A stretch of DNA of 64,000 bases from Squalus acanthias (lineage: Eukaryota). A program made the translations under genes and the position numbers. Each line of letters opens with the position of its first letter. The stretch's first letter is position 1. The DNA lies in NCBI GenBank assembly GCA_030390025.1, contig CM059431.1:157792001-157856000 (forward strand). The letters run 5' to 3'. Below, one piece after another: positions 11,601-26,600 of the stretch. Under the pieces are notes generated by a model, which was not told the DNA's origin, ran no database searches, and saw only the letters and a list, made by a program, of their open reading frames with translations.

Positions 11601-14600
11601 GGGCCGTGTAGCCTGATCATGCTCCTATTTCGTGTGTCCAATTCTGTTAGGTTCAGGAGATGGTTCTGTGATATTAGATTGGCGGTTAGGATCAGATCAG
11701 CCATGATCTTATTGAATGGCGGAGCAGGCTTGAGGGGCCAATTGGCCTACTCCTGCTCCTATTTCTTATGTTCTTATGTTCTTATGTACTGCATGGATGA
11801 ACTACAGAATTTGTTCATCCCAGTGTGGCATAAGAGTAAAAATAAAATGGTGACTCAACCGTGGCTAACAAGGGAAATTAGGGATAGCATAATTTCCGTG
11901 GAGATGGCATATAAATTGGCCAGAAAAAGCGGTAACCCTGAGGATTGTGAGCAGTCTAGGAATCAACAAAGGAGGACAAAGGGATTAATTGAGAAGGGGA
12001 AAATAGAATATGAGAGTATGCTTGCTGGGAACATAAAAACTGACTGTACGAGCTTTTATAGATATGTGAAGAGAAAAAGATTAGTGAAATCATGTGTAGG
12101 TCCCTTGCAGTCAGAAGTGGGGAAGTTATAATGGGGAACAAAGAAATGTCAGACCAATTAAATGCATATTTTGGTTCTGTCTTCACAAAGGAGGACACAA
12201 ATAATCTCCCAGAGAGGGTCTGATGAAAGGGAGGAACTGAAAGAAATCAGTATTTGCAGGAAAATTGTGTTAGGGAAATTGATGGGATTGAAGGCCGATA
12301 AATCCCCAGGGCCTTATAATCTACATCCTAGGTTACTTAAGGAAGTGGCCCTAAAAATAGTAGATGCATTGCTGATCATCTTCCAACATTCGGTGGAATC
12401 TGGAACTGTACCCATGGATTGGAGGGTAGCTAATGTTACCCCACTATTCAAAAAGTGTGATAGAGAGAAAGCGTGGAATTACAGATCGGTAAGCCTGACA
12501 TCGGTAGTGGGAAAAATGCTAGAGTCCTTTATAAAGGATGTAATCGCTGAGCACTTGAAAAACAGTGACGGGATCGGACAAAGTCAACATGGATTTACAA
12601 AAGGTAAATCGTGCTTGACTAATCTACTGGAATTTTTTGAGGAAGTAGCTGGGAAAGTAGATAAGGGAGAACCAGTAGATGTGGTGTATTTGGACTTTCA
12701 AAAGGCTTTCGATAAGGTCCCGCATAAGAGATTAGCGTGTAAAGTTAAGGGACATGGGATTGGGGGCAAGGTATTGACTTGGATAGAGAACTGGTTGTCA
12801 GACAGAAAGCAGAGAGTAGGAATTAATGGGTCTTTTTCTGAGTGGCAGGCAGTGACTAGTGGGGTACCGCAGGGATCGGTCCTTGAAACCCAGCTATTCA
12901 CAATATATATTAATGATCTAGACAAGGGAACTAGATGTAATGTCTCCAAGTTTGCAGACGACACAAAACTGGGTGGGCGTGTGTGCTGCGAGGAGGATAC
13001 CGAGAAACTCCAGGATGATTTGGACAGTTTGGGTGAGTGGGCAGAAGCGTGGCAGATGCAATATAACGTGGATAAATGCGAGGTTATCCAATTTGGTGTC
13101 AACAACAGAGCCGTGTCCACTACGGTAGAGGGTAATCCTCGGTTGAGGAAAAGGGAAGACATGTCGGAAGCATTAGTATGGAACGTGGCATCGTCAGAGC
13201 AGATGCGGCAGAGACGGAAAAACTGGGAGAATGGACCAGAGTCCTTACAGGAAGCGAGGTCGGAGGAAGTGTATTCCAGGTAGCTGTGGGAGTCAGAGCG
13301 CTTATAGTGAATACAGAAAATGCTGGAAATACTCAGCAGGTCAGGCAGCATTTGTGGAGACAGGAACAGACTTAACGTTTCAGGTCGATGAAGCTTCGTC
13401 AGAACGGTGAGGAAGGGTCATCGACCTGAAAGATTAACTCTGTTTCTTTCTCCACAGATTCTGCCTGAGCTGCTGAATATTTCCAGCATTTTCTGTTTTT
13501 ATTTCAGATTTCCAGCCGCCGCAGTATTTTGCTTTTGATTTATGGTAAATGTTTCCCAATAGCAGTAATGGAGTTTATTCTGTCCCGTTACAATTTTAAA
13601 TGTCCCTTGTGCTCCGAGTTTAATGGGGAAGGGAGTCTCTCACTTTATTCCCCTTAAAACTGGCACTATATTTATTTCAGGTGTAACTGGCCTGACAGTT
13701 TTTGGGCAATTTACGGAAGTTCCCTCCCCGAGTGGGGCCTCACACACAGGGGGCGGATTATGGGGAATTCCCGGGTTCACTGCCCCCGGTTTACCAAGGA
13801 GCCGCCCGATGTGTGTGAGTCCCCACCGCTGGCCGGTGTGTGTCTGTAATCCGGGGCTAATACCCCACAACACGTTAGATTGGAACCTTTTTACCGGCAG
13901 ATATAAGATCCTGAATAACAATTTTTACTCAATGTTCAGGACTGTGTATAGTTGTAAATATTTAAAGCTGAAAGAATTCCAGATTCCCCAAATTTCCCAA
14001 TCCAGGAAACTAACCACTGGACAGGACACACCCTGCACGGTTTTGGAGTAAATATCGAACTGTTAGTGATTTAAACTCGGGTTACTCTCCTGTCTCCAGT
14101 TGAAATGGTGGATGTGGAAAATATTTTAAATTAATTTTATCTTTACTGCCGGGTTTTATTTTATGTTTATCTTCTGCTGCACAGCCTTATTAAATATGAC
14201 TTATTGCAATTAAATTATCAGTCACTCAGTGACCTGTATTTGCTGATCCGTCAAAGACTGTAAAATCCCTACTTGTTCACAAGGGTCCGTTCCAGATTCT
14301 CCAGTCCTTAGGGAATTACTAACCGTTCCTCTTATTATTGTTCATATTTATGTTTCATCTGCTTCCCTCTGGTTTAACTGAACTGTTTGTTTCCCTTCAT
14401 TATGGAGCAACAACACAATTCGTGACTATTCTAAAATTAGCCCAAAAGTTAGAGACAAATAAACTGTTACCCCAAAACCCGGCATTTGTGCAGTACGGGT
14501 CCCAGCCGCTGGAATCCTTCACACTGAATGGAGCAGTTATGCAGATCGAGGTTTTTTATTGTATCACAGAGTCCAATGACATGAGACAGGACCGCACAGT

Positions 14601-17600
14601 CAATCGGGGTCAATCTCAATCCACGAAAAGTAAGTGTTTTCACAGATCCCACTGTGGCCCGAGCCAGTGCTTTATTCTGAGACTCAAACATGTAGTGGAA
14701 TGTGTTCAGGAGGTTTATTTTATCAGTTTCACTCTCTGTGTTTCCAATCTGTCCTTCAACCTTCTCCTTCACCCAGTCAATCACTCGGCAGGTGGTTTGA
14801 TGAAGAAATGGACCCAGAAACTCCTCCAGGGGCCGAGCTGACTGTGGGGAGGAGAGACCAGCAACAAAACGGAGAAATATCTCAAATCGCCCATCTTCCT
14901 TGCTGTGGGCTTCTCTGAGGAATTTCAGGATGTCCCCGGGATCTGGAGTCAGGAAATGTGCGAGTGCGGCTACAAACTCTTGGATGGTGAGGTGCGGGAA
15001 TGTGTACACCACGCTCTGGGCAGAAACATCTCTCTCCAAAAGTTCCATCATGAACCCAGACAGGAACTGGGAAGGTTGCAGATTGTATTTGATCAAATCT
15101 CCATTTCTAAACACAATCTTCTTCTCGGAGACTCCTGTGAAGGCCATCTCACCGATCTTCAGTAACACATCACGGGGGCTTTCAATCTCTCGGCCATGGT
15201 TTTTCAGAATGTTGTAAATATAGTAGCAATATAGTTGGGTAATGGTTTTGGGAACTCGCTGCTGATTCCTGTCTCTTTGTGTAAAGAAGGGACCCAGTGA
15301 CAGACCGAGGATCCAGCAGTAGGAAGGGTTGTAGCACATTGTGTACAGGATCTCGTTCTCTTCCACGTGTTTAAAAACTGCTGCTGCCACAGTCTGATCT
15401 TCAAAAAACTTGTTGAAATATTCCTTCCGTTCTTCACCAACAAATCCCAGGATTTCAGCCCAGACACTGATCTCAGCCTTTTCCAATAAATGTAATGCAG
15501 TGGGGCGGCTGGTCACTAGCACTGAACATCCTGGGAGCAGCTTGTGCTGTATTAAACTGTACACAATGTCAGAAACTTCACACCAGCATTCGGGATGTGT
15601 GCATATGTACTGAGGTTCTGTATTTCTGCGATTGTCAGCAAAATCGATACTGTCCTTGAATTCATCCAAACCATCGAATATAAACAGCAATGTCTCTGGG
15701 TTCTTCCAGAGCTCTCCCAGAATATTCCCAAAGTAAGGATACAGATCCAGTATCAGATTCCTCAGGTTTATTCTACAGCTAATAGCGTTCAAATCCCGGA
15801 ATTTAAAGCTGAAAACAAATTGAAAGTGTGGGTATATTTTCCCAGTGGCCCAGTCATGAACAATCTTTTGTACCATTGTTGTTTTCCCAATCCCCGGGAC
15901 TCCGCTCACTGCTCCTGAACTTCCAGAATTGAATTTTGTCCGGGAAAAACTGCTGTTGAACAATTGATCAGTTCGGATTTTTTCCAGCTCTCTCCGGAGA
16001 TGTTTCTCTCTCCACTCTTCATGGTCTCGGCCTCTTGCCAGCAGTTCATGTTCTACAAGTGTCCGATCTCGAACAGTAGAAATGACCGTTAGCTCAGCGT
16101 ATCGATCAACCAGCTGGAACATCTTAACCTTCTCCTTTATTAGGATAGTGTTTACTCTCAGTGTTTCAGTTTGAACCCGGAGTGCTTCCTTGTGTTTATG
16201 TTGAACATCTTCAATTAGAACAGACAAAAAAGTTTTCAATGTTAGTTATAATGACAAAGAAATCTCCGATACACTGGTCTGCTTTTCAGTAAAATGTAAC
16301 AGGATCTACTTCGATATTTTAATCGAGGACAGTTAGAAAACGAAAACCAACATTTCCTGAGAATCTTGTTTGACAGGAACTTTCGGAGAGAAGTTTTAAA
16401 TCAACATTGGACACTAATATTTACATAACATGGCGAGCTGGGTGAAGGTGGAATGTTCCCTCTGATGGTGAATACTATCTGTCGCACAATGTACTGCAGA
16501 CATCTCATTACAAATCCACATGTGATTCTGATTATATGGCTTCAGTGGTTATAATGTAAAAATGATTGAACCCCCACCCAGCAGAGCGGAGCTTTTGTAC
16601 AAATAGAAAATCGGAAATTGGGAAGCACTGAGAGAGGGACAGGCTCACAATGTACTAATTGGGCAGCACTGAGAGAGGGACAGGATCGCAATGTACTGTT
16701 TGGGCAGCACTGAGAGTGGGACAGTCTCACAATGTACTGATAGGGCAGCACAGAGAGAGGGGCAGGCTCACAATGTACTGATTGGGCAGCACTGAGAGGG
16801 GGACAGGTTCACAATGTACTGATTGGGCAGCACTGAGAGAGGGACGGGTTCACAATGTACTGATGTTACCCAATTATTTGATCAGCACTTGTGTGAGCTC
16901 TTGAAAAATTCTATACATTTCCGGTTAACATGTCACAGGGAAATGTAAATATTATTGTGAAGGGAAAAAGGGGATTAGCAGCAACAACTTGAATTGATAT
17001 AGCCCGTTCAACTTAATACAAACGTCCCAAGAGGCTTTGCAGAAGCGTAATCAGATAAGATGAAACACCGAGCTAAATAAAGAGATATTAGAACGGGTAA
17101 CCAAAAGCTTACTCAAAGAGGTAGACTTTACGAGTGAAAAGGCGATAAGTAGAGGCGGATAGGGTTAACCAGGGTATTCCAGAGTTCAGGGCCGAGGCTG
17201 CTGAGAACACAGCCGCCAAAATTGTAGGAGTGAAAATCAGGGATGCACAAAGTTCAAAATTGAGGAGTGCAGATATCTCGCAGGGTTGTAGGCCTGGAGC
17301 AGATTGCAGAGATAAAGAGGGGTGAGGTCATGGAGGGACTGAATACAACGATGATAATTTCAAAATCAGGGCTCTGCCAGACACGAGAAAAAGTAGGTCA
17401 GCGAGCACATGCGTGATGGGTGAACGGGACTTGGTGCGAGTTCCGATAGGCACAGCAGAGTTTTGGATAAGCTCAAATTTACAGAGGATGGAACGTGGTT
17501 GGTTTGCAAGCCTTAGCGTGTTGGAATAATTGAGATTGGAGATAACAAAGGCATAGATGAGGATTGCAGCATTAGATGGGCTGAGGCAGGGGAGCAGACA

Positions 17601-20600
17601 GCGAAGGTTATGGAGATGGAAGTAAGTGGTCTTGTTGATGGAGAGTGTATGGGAGTGAAAGGCCATCTAAAAGGATGCATTGGTTGCAAACAGTCTGGTT
17701 CAGCCTCACACTGTTGCCAAGAAGAGGGATGGAGTCCATGGCTAGGGAATGGAGTTTGTGGCCGCGATCAAAGATAATGGCTTTGGTCTACCCAATATTT
17801 AATAGGAGGAAGTGATTGCTCAGCCAATACTGAATGTCGGACAAGCTGCATGATGGATCAGAGGAGTGGAGGGCTTGAGAGAGTTGGTGGTGCGGTAGAG
17901 CTGAATCTCATTCAGTGGAATCTGACATTTTGTTTTCGGATGATGTCGCCAAGGGGCAGCATGTAGATCATAAATAGGAGGGGGCCAAGGATATATCCTT
18001 GGTAACTGTGCGGGAGCGGGTAGAGAAGAAAGTGCAGGATATTCGATTATTTTTCTACGATTGGATGAGTCATAGTCATAGGGGGAGAAATTCAGTATCG
18101 CCCCATTTGGGGCGCAATTATCGGCCGGGCGCAAAGATTAGCGCCTGGTGCTAATTATCGCCACCGACTGCAAACTTGACTTTTATCGCCCCTGGAGGTG
18201 ATTGGAGTGCTAAATCAGGCACTTCACACCTGTCTTAAGGCGCAAAGGCCGAGGAGCGTGGCGCTACCTCTGAGCGCTGGCGAAGCTCATGTAATGTCAG
18301 TCAGCTATGGAACACACACACAACGGCACGGTCCAGTTCTTAAAGGGGATGGTTGATCTTGCTTTCCATCCACATCCTGCTCATTGCAGCCTTGAATCTC
18401 GGCCTGGAGAGACCTGCACATCAAATCTGCTGGAAAGAACAATGGAGAGTACCAGGCAAAGAGCTCAGAGTGCAGCCCCCACAAACTCTTCTAAATCGAT
18501 ACAAGGAATGGCAAATCAAAATGAACCTGCAAAGTGCTGCTCAGTACCCAAAACTCCTTCACACAACGTTGAATCTCTCCAGAAGTCTCTCTCACTCTCT
18601 CTCAGAATGCGTAGTTCAAAAATGGCACCAACAATAAAAGGCAGGAAGCAGTCACATTTAAATAGCGCTCCCACTTTCCATTCATGACTGAAGAACGCTC
18701 CTATCAACCTGTCGTTGCTATCGTCAGGCGGTAAGGCAGGGGGCGCCACTCAATATCCGCTCCGGGGCGATACCGGGGCGTTACGCACTCGTCTGATGTC
18801 ACGATCTGCCGGCGCAGGAGATCGTGGCGGTAGTGTTTAGCGCCGCCGCAAAATGTCTAGTTAATTTCGCGAGCGGCGCAAACTTCGCCGCGCCTGGGCG
18901 CTGGATGCTTTGCGCCCCATTAGCGCCCTCTTAAGGCACTAACGGGAGGCACAACCAACTGAATTTTTCCCCCATAGAGTCATAACGGCACAGCGGGAGG
19001 CCATTCGGCCCATCGAGTCCGTGCCGGCTCTCTGCAGAGCAATCGAGTCAGTCCCATTCCCCCGCTCTATCCCCGTAGCCCTGCAAGTTTATTTCCCTCA
19101 ATTGCCTATCCAGTCTCTTTTGAAAACATTGAGTGTGTCACTTCCACCACTTCCATCAGCAGCGAGTTCCAGGTCCTCACCACTCGCTGCGTAAAACGGT
19201 TTTTCCTCACTTCCCCCCTTTTGACTCTTGCCCAAAACCTTAAATCTGTATCATCTATTCCTTGTACCATCAAACAGCCTTTCCCCGTCTAGCCTATCCA
19301 AACCCCTCATAATCTATACACCTCTATCAAATCACTCCAAAACCTCCTTTGCTCTAATGAAAACAAATGCAGCTTCGCCAACCTGTCCTTGAGCTAAGAT
19401 CCCCGATCCCCGGTACCATTCTGGTAAATCTCCTCGGCACCCTCTCAAGGGCCTTCACATTCTTCCTAAAGTGTGTTGACTAGAACTGGACGCAATACAC
19501 CAGTTGTGGCCTAACCAGCGCTTTATAAAGATTCAGCATTTCATTTCTCCTTGTGTACTCAATACCTCTATTTATGAAACCCAAGATAACATATGCTTTG
19601 TTAACCACTCTCCCAGTATGTCCCGCCACCTTCAGGGACAGATGCACATTAACTCCTACGGCCCTCTGTCCCTGCACACTCTTTAAAACTGTGCCATTAA
19701 GTTTACATTGCCTCTCCCTGTTCCTTCTGCCAAAATGCATCACCTGACACTTCTCTGTATTAATTCCATCTGCCTCTTGTCTGCCTATTCGGCTAGCCTT
19801 TCTATATCCTGATGCAGTCGATTGGTATCATTATGACCGTTTGCCCCCCACCCCCCCGCCCCAATTTTGGTGTCATCAGCAAATTTAGAAATTCTACTTT
19901 GTATTCCAATATCCAGATCATTTATATATATATATATATATTATATATATATATATATATATAAAGCAGTGGCCCCAGCACTGACACTTAGGGAACACCA
20001 CTGGCTACCATCCTCCAGTCTGAAAAACAGCCATTTACCACAACTCGCTGTTTTCTGTCCTTAAGACAATTCCTTATCCATGCTGCCACGGATCCACCTT
20101 TTCCATGAGCCTCAATTTTTATAACCAGCCTTCTATGTGATACTTTGTCAAACGACTTCCAAAAATCCATGTAGACGACATCCACTCCATTCCCTTCATC
20201 AATCCTCCCTGTTACTTCACCAAAAAAATCGTTTAGTTTTATCAAAAATGATCAACTTTTACAAATCCGTGATGGCTCTCCTTAATTAGCTTAAACCTCT
20301 CCAAGTGCCCAATATTTTATTCCTTGATTATTGTTTCTAAAACTTTACCCATCACTGATGTTAAAATGACCGGCCTGTAGTTACGAGCTTTGTCCTTAAA
20401 CCTTTCTTGAACAATGGTATCACATTTGCCACTTTCCAATCCTCAGTCACCTCTCCCGCATCTAGGGAAGATTGGAAAATTATGGGAAGCACTTCCGCTA
20501 TCTCCTCCCCAAATTCCCTTAGCAACCTGGGATGCAAGCCACCTGGACCAGGCGACCTATCCACTCTAAGCATACCCAGCCATTCGACTACATCCTGTCT

Positions 20601-23600
20601 ATCAATTTTAAACCATTCCATTACATCCCACTTTTCCACTCCTACCGTTATTTTGTCAGCATCCACCTCCTTAGTAAACACCGATGCAAAGTACTCATTG
20701 AGAATTCTAGCCTTGCACTGGGTCTCTAAGCATAAAACATCTTCTTTGTCGCTAATAGGCCCCACCCCGCCTCTTACTACCTGTTTACTGTTTACATGAC
20801 GGTAGAAGATTTTTGTGTTCCCTATTATTTTTACCGCCATTCTACTCTCATATTCTCTCTTTGCCAATCTGATTTTCATCTTCACTTCCCCTCTCAAGTT
20901 ATTGTATTCGGTCTGGTTCTCCCTTGAAGAATTCACCTGACGTGCGCCATACACCCTCTTTATTGTTCCTTCATCTTGTCTATCTCCATCGTCATTCAAG
21001 GGAGGAGTCCTTGCTTCGTTTCCCTTAGCATTCCCTCTTCTTGGAATGTACCTAGCCTGTATTTGTAACATCTCCTCCTTAAAGATCACACATTGCTCCG
21101 TTACAGTTTTTCCTGGCAGTCTTTGATTCCATTTTACTCTGGCTAGATCCTTTCACATCCCATTGAATTTGGCCCTATTGCAGTTTAGAAGTTCCACTCT
21201 AGATTGTTCCTTGCTCCTCTTCATTGCTAATATAAAACACATGATACGATGATCACTCGTACCAAGTGTTCTCCCACAGACACTTGGTCGACCTGGCCCA
21301 CCTCATTCCCCAGCAGCAGATCCAGCAATGCCTCCTTCCTAGTTGGGCCAAGAACATACTGGTCAAGGAAATTCTCCTGAACACATTTCAGAAATTCCTC
21401 CCCCTCCATTCCCTTTACACTAGCATTATTCCAATCGATATTTGGATAATTAAAGTCCCCCAATATCACCACTCTATAGCTCTTGCATATCTCTGCGATG
21501 TCCCTGCAGATTTGTTCCTCTACCTCTCTCTCACTATTTGGAGGCTTATAGAACACCCCAAATAGCGTGATCATACCCTTTTTGATGCTCAACTATAAAC
21601 AAATGGATTCTGTCCTTGTCCCCTCAAGAACATCCGCCCTTTCCACTACAATGTCTTTCTTAATCAGCACTGCCACCGCACCTCCCTTTTTTCCTTCCCT
21701 ATCTTTTATGAACACCTGGTACCCTTGAATATTAAGTGCCCATTCCTCACCGTTTTTATGCCAAGTTTCCGGAATTGCCACAACATCATATTGCCACATG
21801 ACGATTTGTGCTTGTAGCTCACAAAACTTATTCACCACAATTTGTTTGTTTGCGTACATGCATTCTGAACCCATTTTCGAATTTTTCGTAGTCTTTCTTA
21901 GTCTGCTCCTATCTAATATGGTACTACTTCCGCCTCTAATACTACATTCTTCTCTAGTAATATGCAGCACGCTCACTCTTTCATGCACATTTTTCCTCTT
22001 TTCTACTCCTATATGCTAGTGCTGGTGCCCATGAAGTTTAACCCGTCCGGCTTGTACAGGTCCCACCTTCCCTAGAAACGATCCCAATGCCTCAGGAATC
22101 TAACGCTCTCCCTCCAGCACCACGTCTCCAGCCACGCATTAATCTGTTCTATCCTTCTATTCCTGTACTGACTAGCCTGTGGTACAGGGAGTAATCCGGA
22201 GATTACTAACTTTGAGGTCCTGCTTTTTAATATCTCTCCTAGCTCCCTAAACTCTTCCCAAGGACCTCATCCCTCTTCCTGCCTATGTGGTTGGTACTAG
22301 TATGGACAACGACCTCTGGCTGTTCACCCTCCCCCCTCAGAGTGGACTGCAGCCACTCAGTGACATCCTTGATGTTGGCACAAGGGAGGCAACATACCAT
22401 CCTCGAGTCATGTCTACGGTCGCAGAAACGCCTGTCTGCTCCCCTAACTATCGAATCCCCTACCACTATCGGTCTTCCACTCTTTTTCCTCACCCCCCCC
22501 CCCCCACCCCCTCCGTGCAGTTGAACCACCAGTGATGACCTGCACCTGACTCAGGCTGCATTCCGCAGAGGAACCATAGCCCTCACCAGTACTCAGATCA
22601 GAATAATGTTTGGAGAGCGAGATGCACACTGGGGACTCCTGCACTACCTGCTTGGTTCCCCTCTTCTGTCTGGTGGTCACACAGTCCCAGGAGGATGGCC
22701 TTGGCGCCATGGGAGAGGCACATGCTGTCCTGTCTCAGGGGGACAGCATGACAGATCCTCCAGCAGCCTGTCCACCAGTGCTCCTGTTAGTGCCACAGTG
22801 CCACCTGGGCCAGACTGCTCGGACTCACGTCAAGATATCAATCTGCAACCGGGCATTCCGACACGGTAAGAGAGCCCCAGGTGGGCATAGGTAACGCTTC
22901 AAGGACTCCTTCAAGGCCTCCTTGAAAAAGTGCAACATCCCCACCGACACCTGGGAATCCCTGGCCCAAGACCGCACAAAGTGGAGGAGAAGCATCCCGG
23001 AAGGCGCCGAACAACACGAGTCTCTTCGCCGGGCGCAAGTGGAAGGCAAGCGCAAACAGCGGAAGGAGCGCCCGTCAGCCGAAGCACCCCACCCACAATT
23101 CAGCCGAAATGTTCGGTGCCAGTGTATCTGCTCCGCACAAACCTCCTCCCACCGTACAATCACACCTTATCAGCATATCTGGCTATTCCTTTTCCATCAT
23201 GTATATATCCAGGTTCCCTTTCTTGTAGGAGAAATGCCCCCTGAATACCCGCTGTAGGCATGGCCTTCTGCGGAGTGCTTCTCCTGATCCCTCCTGTGTC
23301 AACTGTTCTTGGTCTGTGCTGTATTCCTCACTGCTCCTGCTGTATTCGTCACTGCTCCTGCTGCATTCCTCACTGCTCCTGCTGTATTCCTCAGTGTTCC
23401 TGCTGTATTCCTCACTGCTCCTGCTGTATTCCTAAGTGTTCCTGCTGTATTCCTCACTGCTCCTGCTGTATTCCTCAGTGTTCCTGCTATATTCCTCACT
23501 GCTCCTGCTGTATTCCTCACTGCTCCTGCTGTATTCCTCACTGCTCCTGCTGTATTCCTCAGTGTTCCTGCTGCATTCCTCACTGCTCCTGCTGTATTCC

Positions 23601-26600
23601 TCACTGCTCCCTCTCCTCCTCCAGTCCCAAAAGCAGTCCTGTGACACCACCCATGATTATAGCCAAACTATCTATGAGGCAGCCAACAACAGTGCAAGAT
23701 CAGGAGCATCTTGCCCTCTTTAAACAAAGCAAAACTATCCAATGTGATAAAACACAGCAAGAAACGCCACGAAGTTTACCAGCTGCCTGAAACGACAAGT
23801 CAGTTACCAAATTTTAGGTTCCCCATGACCCCTTTCAATAGCACTGATGAGGGCTCCTTCCTGCCGGTTTGTGCCTGGTGTTGCTCGGCGGGTTCAGCAC
23901 GTGGCGTGAGATGTTGCGGCGTAGCAAAAGCGGGAAAAGTTCCACTTGAAGCGCAGGACCCTCATTAAAATAACATTTCAACTCTTAAGTTATACTGACC
24001 TGCACTCCCGACATCACAGCGAAGCCCGATCCGCACTTCAGGCTGGAAGTGTGCGGACACTTCCTGTCCACCATGTCGGCCGCAGGAGGCCGATAAACAG
24101 CTGAAAAACGAGCAGTGCGCGACCGAATATCTAAGCCAATCACTAAGTGCTACACTCACTGGTACATCATCCATTGAATCATCCAGGGAAGCCCCAATAA
24201 CTTCATTTTCTCTGCTGATTAATGGCTGTTTTTATCCGACTGACCACTGAGAGTTTGATGTTTTATCCCGGTCAGTGACGTGCACTGGCAGCAAAGGCCA
24301 GTTGCAGGAACAGCTGGATAAACTACTGGAGTAATGACAACATCTGCAAATTTACAGATAATCCCAAGCCTGGTGTGAATTGTAACTTCACCCCACACAT
24401 TTGAATGACACATTTAAGTATCAGTGACAAGTGAAAATGAAGTTGAATTCTTTTTGCCCAGCTCTTGAACTTTTCACCCCCAGATTCTAGACATCTCGAA
24501 ACCAATGGTCAAAGTTAAAGCCTCTAATAATCAGAAGCGAAATAACCTGTTTGAAATCATCATCCCATCACCTACCTTTCAGCTGAATGGGAACTTCGGA
24601 TAAACATTCTGTGGCTTTCATGTCATTAAATCGAAAGAAACCTGTTTAAATAAATTAGCTTTCATGAAAGCAAATCTGTGAACTACTTTAGTAAAGTATG
24701 TAATTTTAGATGTGAAATTGAATTCCGTGTATGATTTTACCGTACCAAGTTCCTGTATTTCTTTCAGTATTTTGTCCAACTTTGGTACCCCATGACGCAT
24801 TTTCACAAAGGATTCCCACATTGTCCTTCGGGCCCGAGAGCCTTTCTCCATCACCAGATTTAGGAGAAGTTTGGAACTGTCCGCCCGGTTTCCCTTCTCC
24901 ACGAGATCAGTGATTTTCTGTAAAGAATAATAATGAATATATTGAGGAGCGGAGTGAAATATCAATTTCACCCCATACTCACCCTGTTTATTGAATTCGA
25001 TACTTTTGATTCCGTTCAACAACAGGACCACGGCAATTAATTTAATTGAAGTGAATATTAGTTACCGATTGGTAAATTTTTGACACTAACTTCGCTAGTT
25101 GGTTTGGCATGGATGAATGACGCTGTTCAGCAGAATATTGCGCAGCAGGTTATAAATACTCACACAGACGAAGTTTACTCCTTCTCAGAAAGTGCAGATA
25201 CTCTGAGGTCCATGAAATTTCAATGATTCTTGCAGGGATTTACTGAAGCGGTGGGATAAATCGCTTTTCCATGGGAATATGTGAGGCCATTTTACCTGGA
25301 TGTCCTGCTCCTGCTAAGATCATGTAGACCCAACCACTCCAGGGACTGTACTTCATGTATTGAATCTCCGCACCCCAATCTCCCACATTAATCTGAATAC
25401 AGCTGTCTGACTCCATCAAATGCTGTCAAGGGGAATCCTAAATATCTGCTCATTGACATCTCCACTAATTAACGGTGGTTGGATTATTTCTACTTATTGC
25501 TTCTGCTGTAGCAACATTGAGTTCCCTCCAGTATTTTTTCACTCTATACTTAATTCGATAATCCACAGTTTTATTCAATTGACACCAATTTTTTGAGAGA
25601 TTTTTTTGGACACATTAATGCTTTCGATACTGGACGGGCTGCTACAGATTCAACTCAATGTAAATTGGGGTTGACCATTGGTCTCGTCTGAGGCTTGTAT
25701 CATGTGTCTGGTTTACTACTTACGGTCCAAGTTCCACAGTATTATCTACAGTTCGATTGTTTTATCTTTTCAAGCATTCATAAGACCCGGATCATGTTCC
25801 CCTCCTCACTTTTTTTCCTGTAAGGTGATAAATTCAGCTCTGTGACTGTGTTTTGTAAAGAAAGGTCCTCGGGCCTAGTATGACCGTTCTGCTCTGCTCT
25901 GACCCCACTCCCCATTATTCGTTCATTCAGATGTTAGGGGGCTCAATCCTGCTCAGCAATGGCCTCAGCAATGTTCTGTGCAACTATAAGCCATGAATGG
26001 GAGTGTTTAACCTAATTTGGTAGGGGGATGGGAACCAGGATGAAGAATTACAGAGGAGAAACAAGGTGTATCGAGCATTGCGAGAGACAAATAGCAATAG
26101 AATATGAAACAGTCCAGAGAGAGGAGGAATCAGACAGGGGAGAAATGCGAAACAGACTAAGGCTTGTGTAGAATGCATATGCCTCAATGCACGGGGCGTG
26201 ACCAATAATGTTGTTAAGCTGTAGGCATATAGGTTATGATATAATAGCAAGATGGATAACTGGCTCAAACAATGAGAGGAATCAGAACATAACATTCCTG
26301 GATACAATGAGTTCAGGGTGCATGAGGAAGAAAAATAGTGGGGTGGGGGAGGGTGACAGTAGACTGGGGAAAACACAGAGTAATTGCCAAGGGGGGATGG
26401 AATTCCTGAAATGTTTAGACGAGAACATTCTTGATTAATATATTTCCATCCCAACAAGGAAGGAAGCAGTGCTAGATCTAGTTACGGGCATTGAAGTGGG
26501 GAAAGTGGAGCACGTTTCAGTCGGACAGCATTTGGGGAACAGCGATCACAATATCATTAGGTTTCGAGCAGTAATGGAAAGGGAGAATGAACAATCTAAG

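Larger units (their letters stand above)
18067..22690 (-). mobile_element. Near full-length degraded CR1 LINE (ORF1 esterase + ORF2 APE/RT); tail split by the MITE
   Basis: ORF1 [15 protein letters not shown] (22239-22529); [17 protein letters not shown]-side [12 protein letters not shown] and [11 protein letters not shown]; (CATAGAGT)-type tail at 18067-18080 and 18974-18983. Confidence 0.92.

Noticed and set aside
14471..16208. Assigning NLRC3, NLRP3 or NOD1 as gene symbol
   Set aside because: Orthology cannot be set by eye; the architecture fits a lineage-specific expansion.
23260..23790. Cys-rich ORF (CCIPHCS)n resembling keratin-associated protein or metallothionein
   Set aside because: It is a translation of a 21-bp minisatellite open in several frames on both strands, in an NLR intron, with no gene context.
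24741..24745. Alternative donor GTACG|gtaaaa for the second CARD exon
   Set aside because: It gives phase 0, incompatible with the phase-1 linker and NACHT exons.
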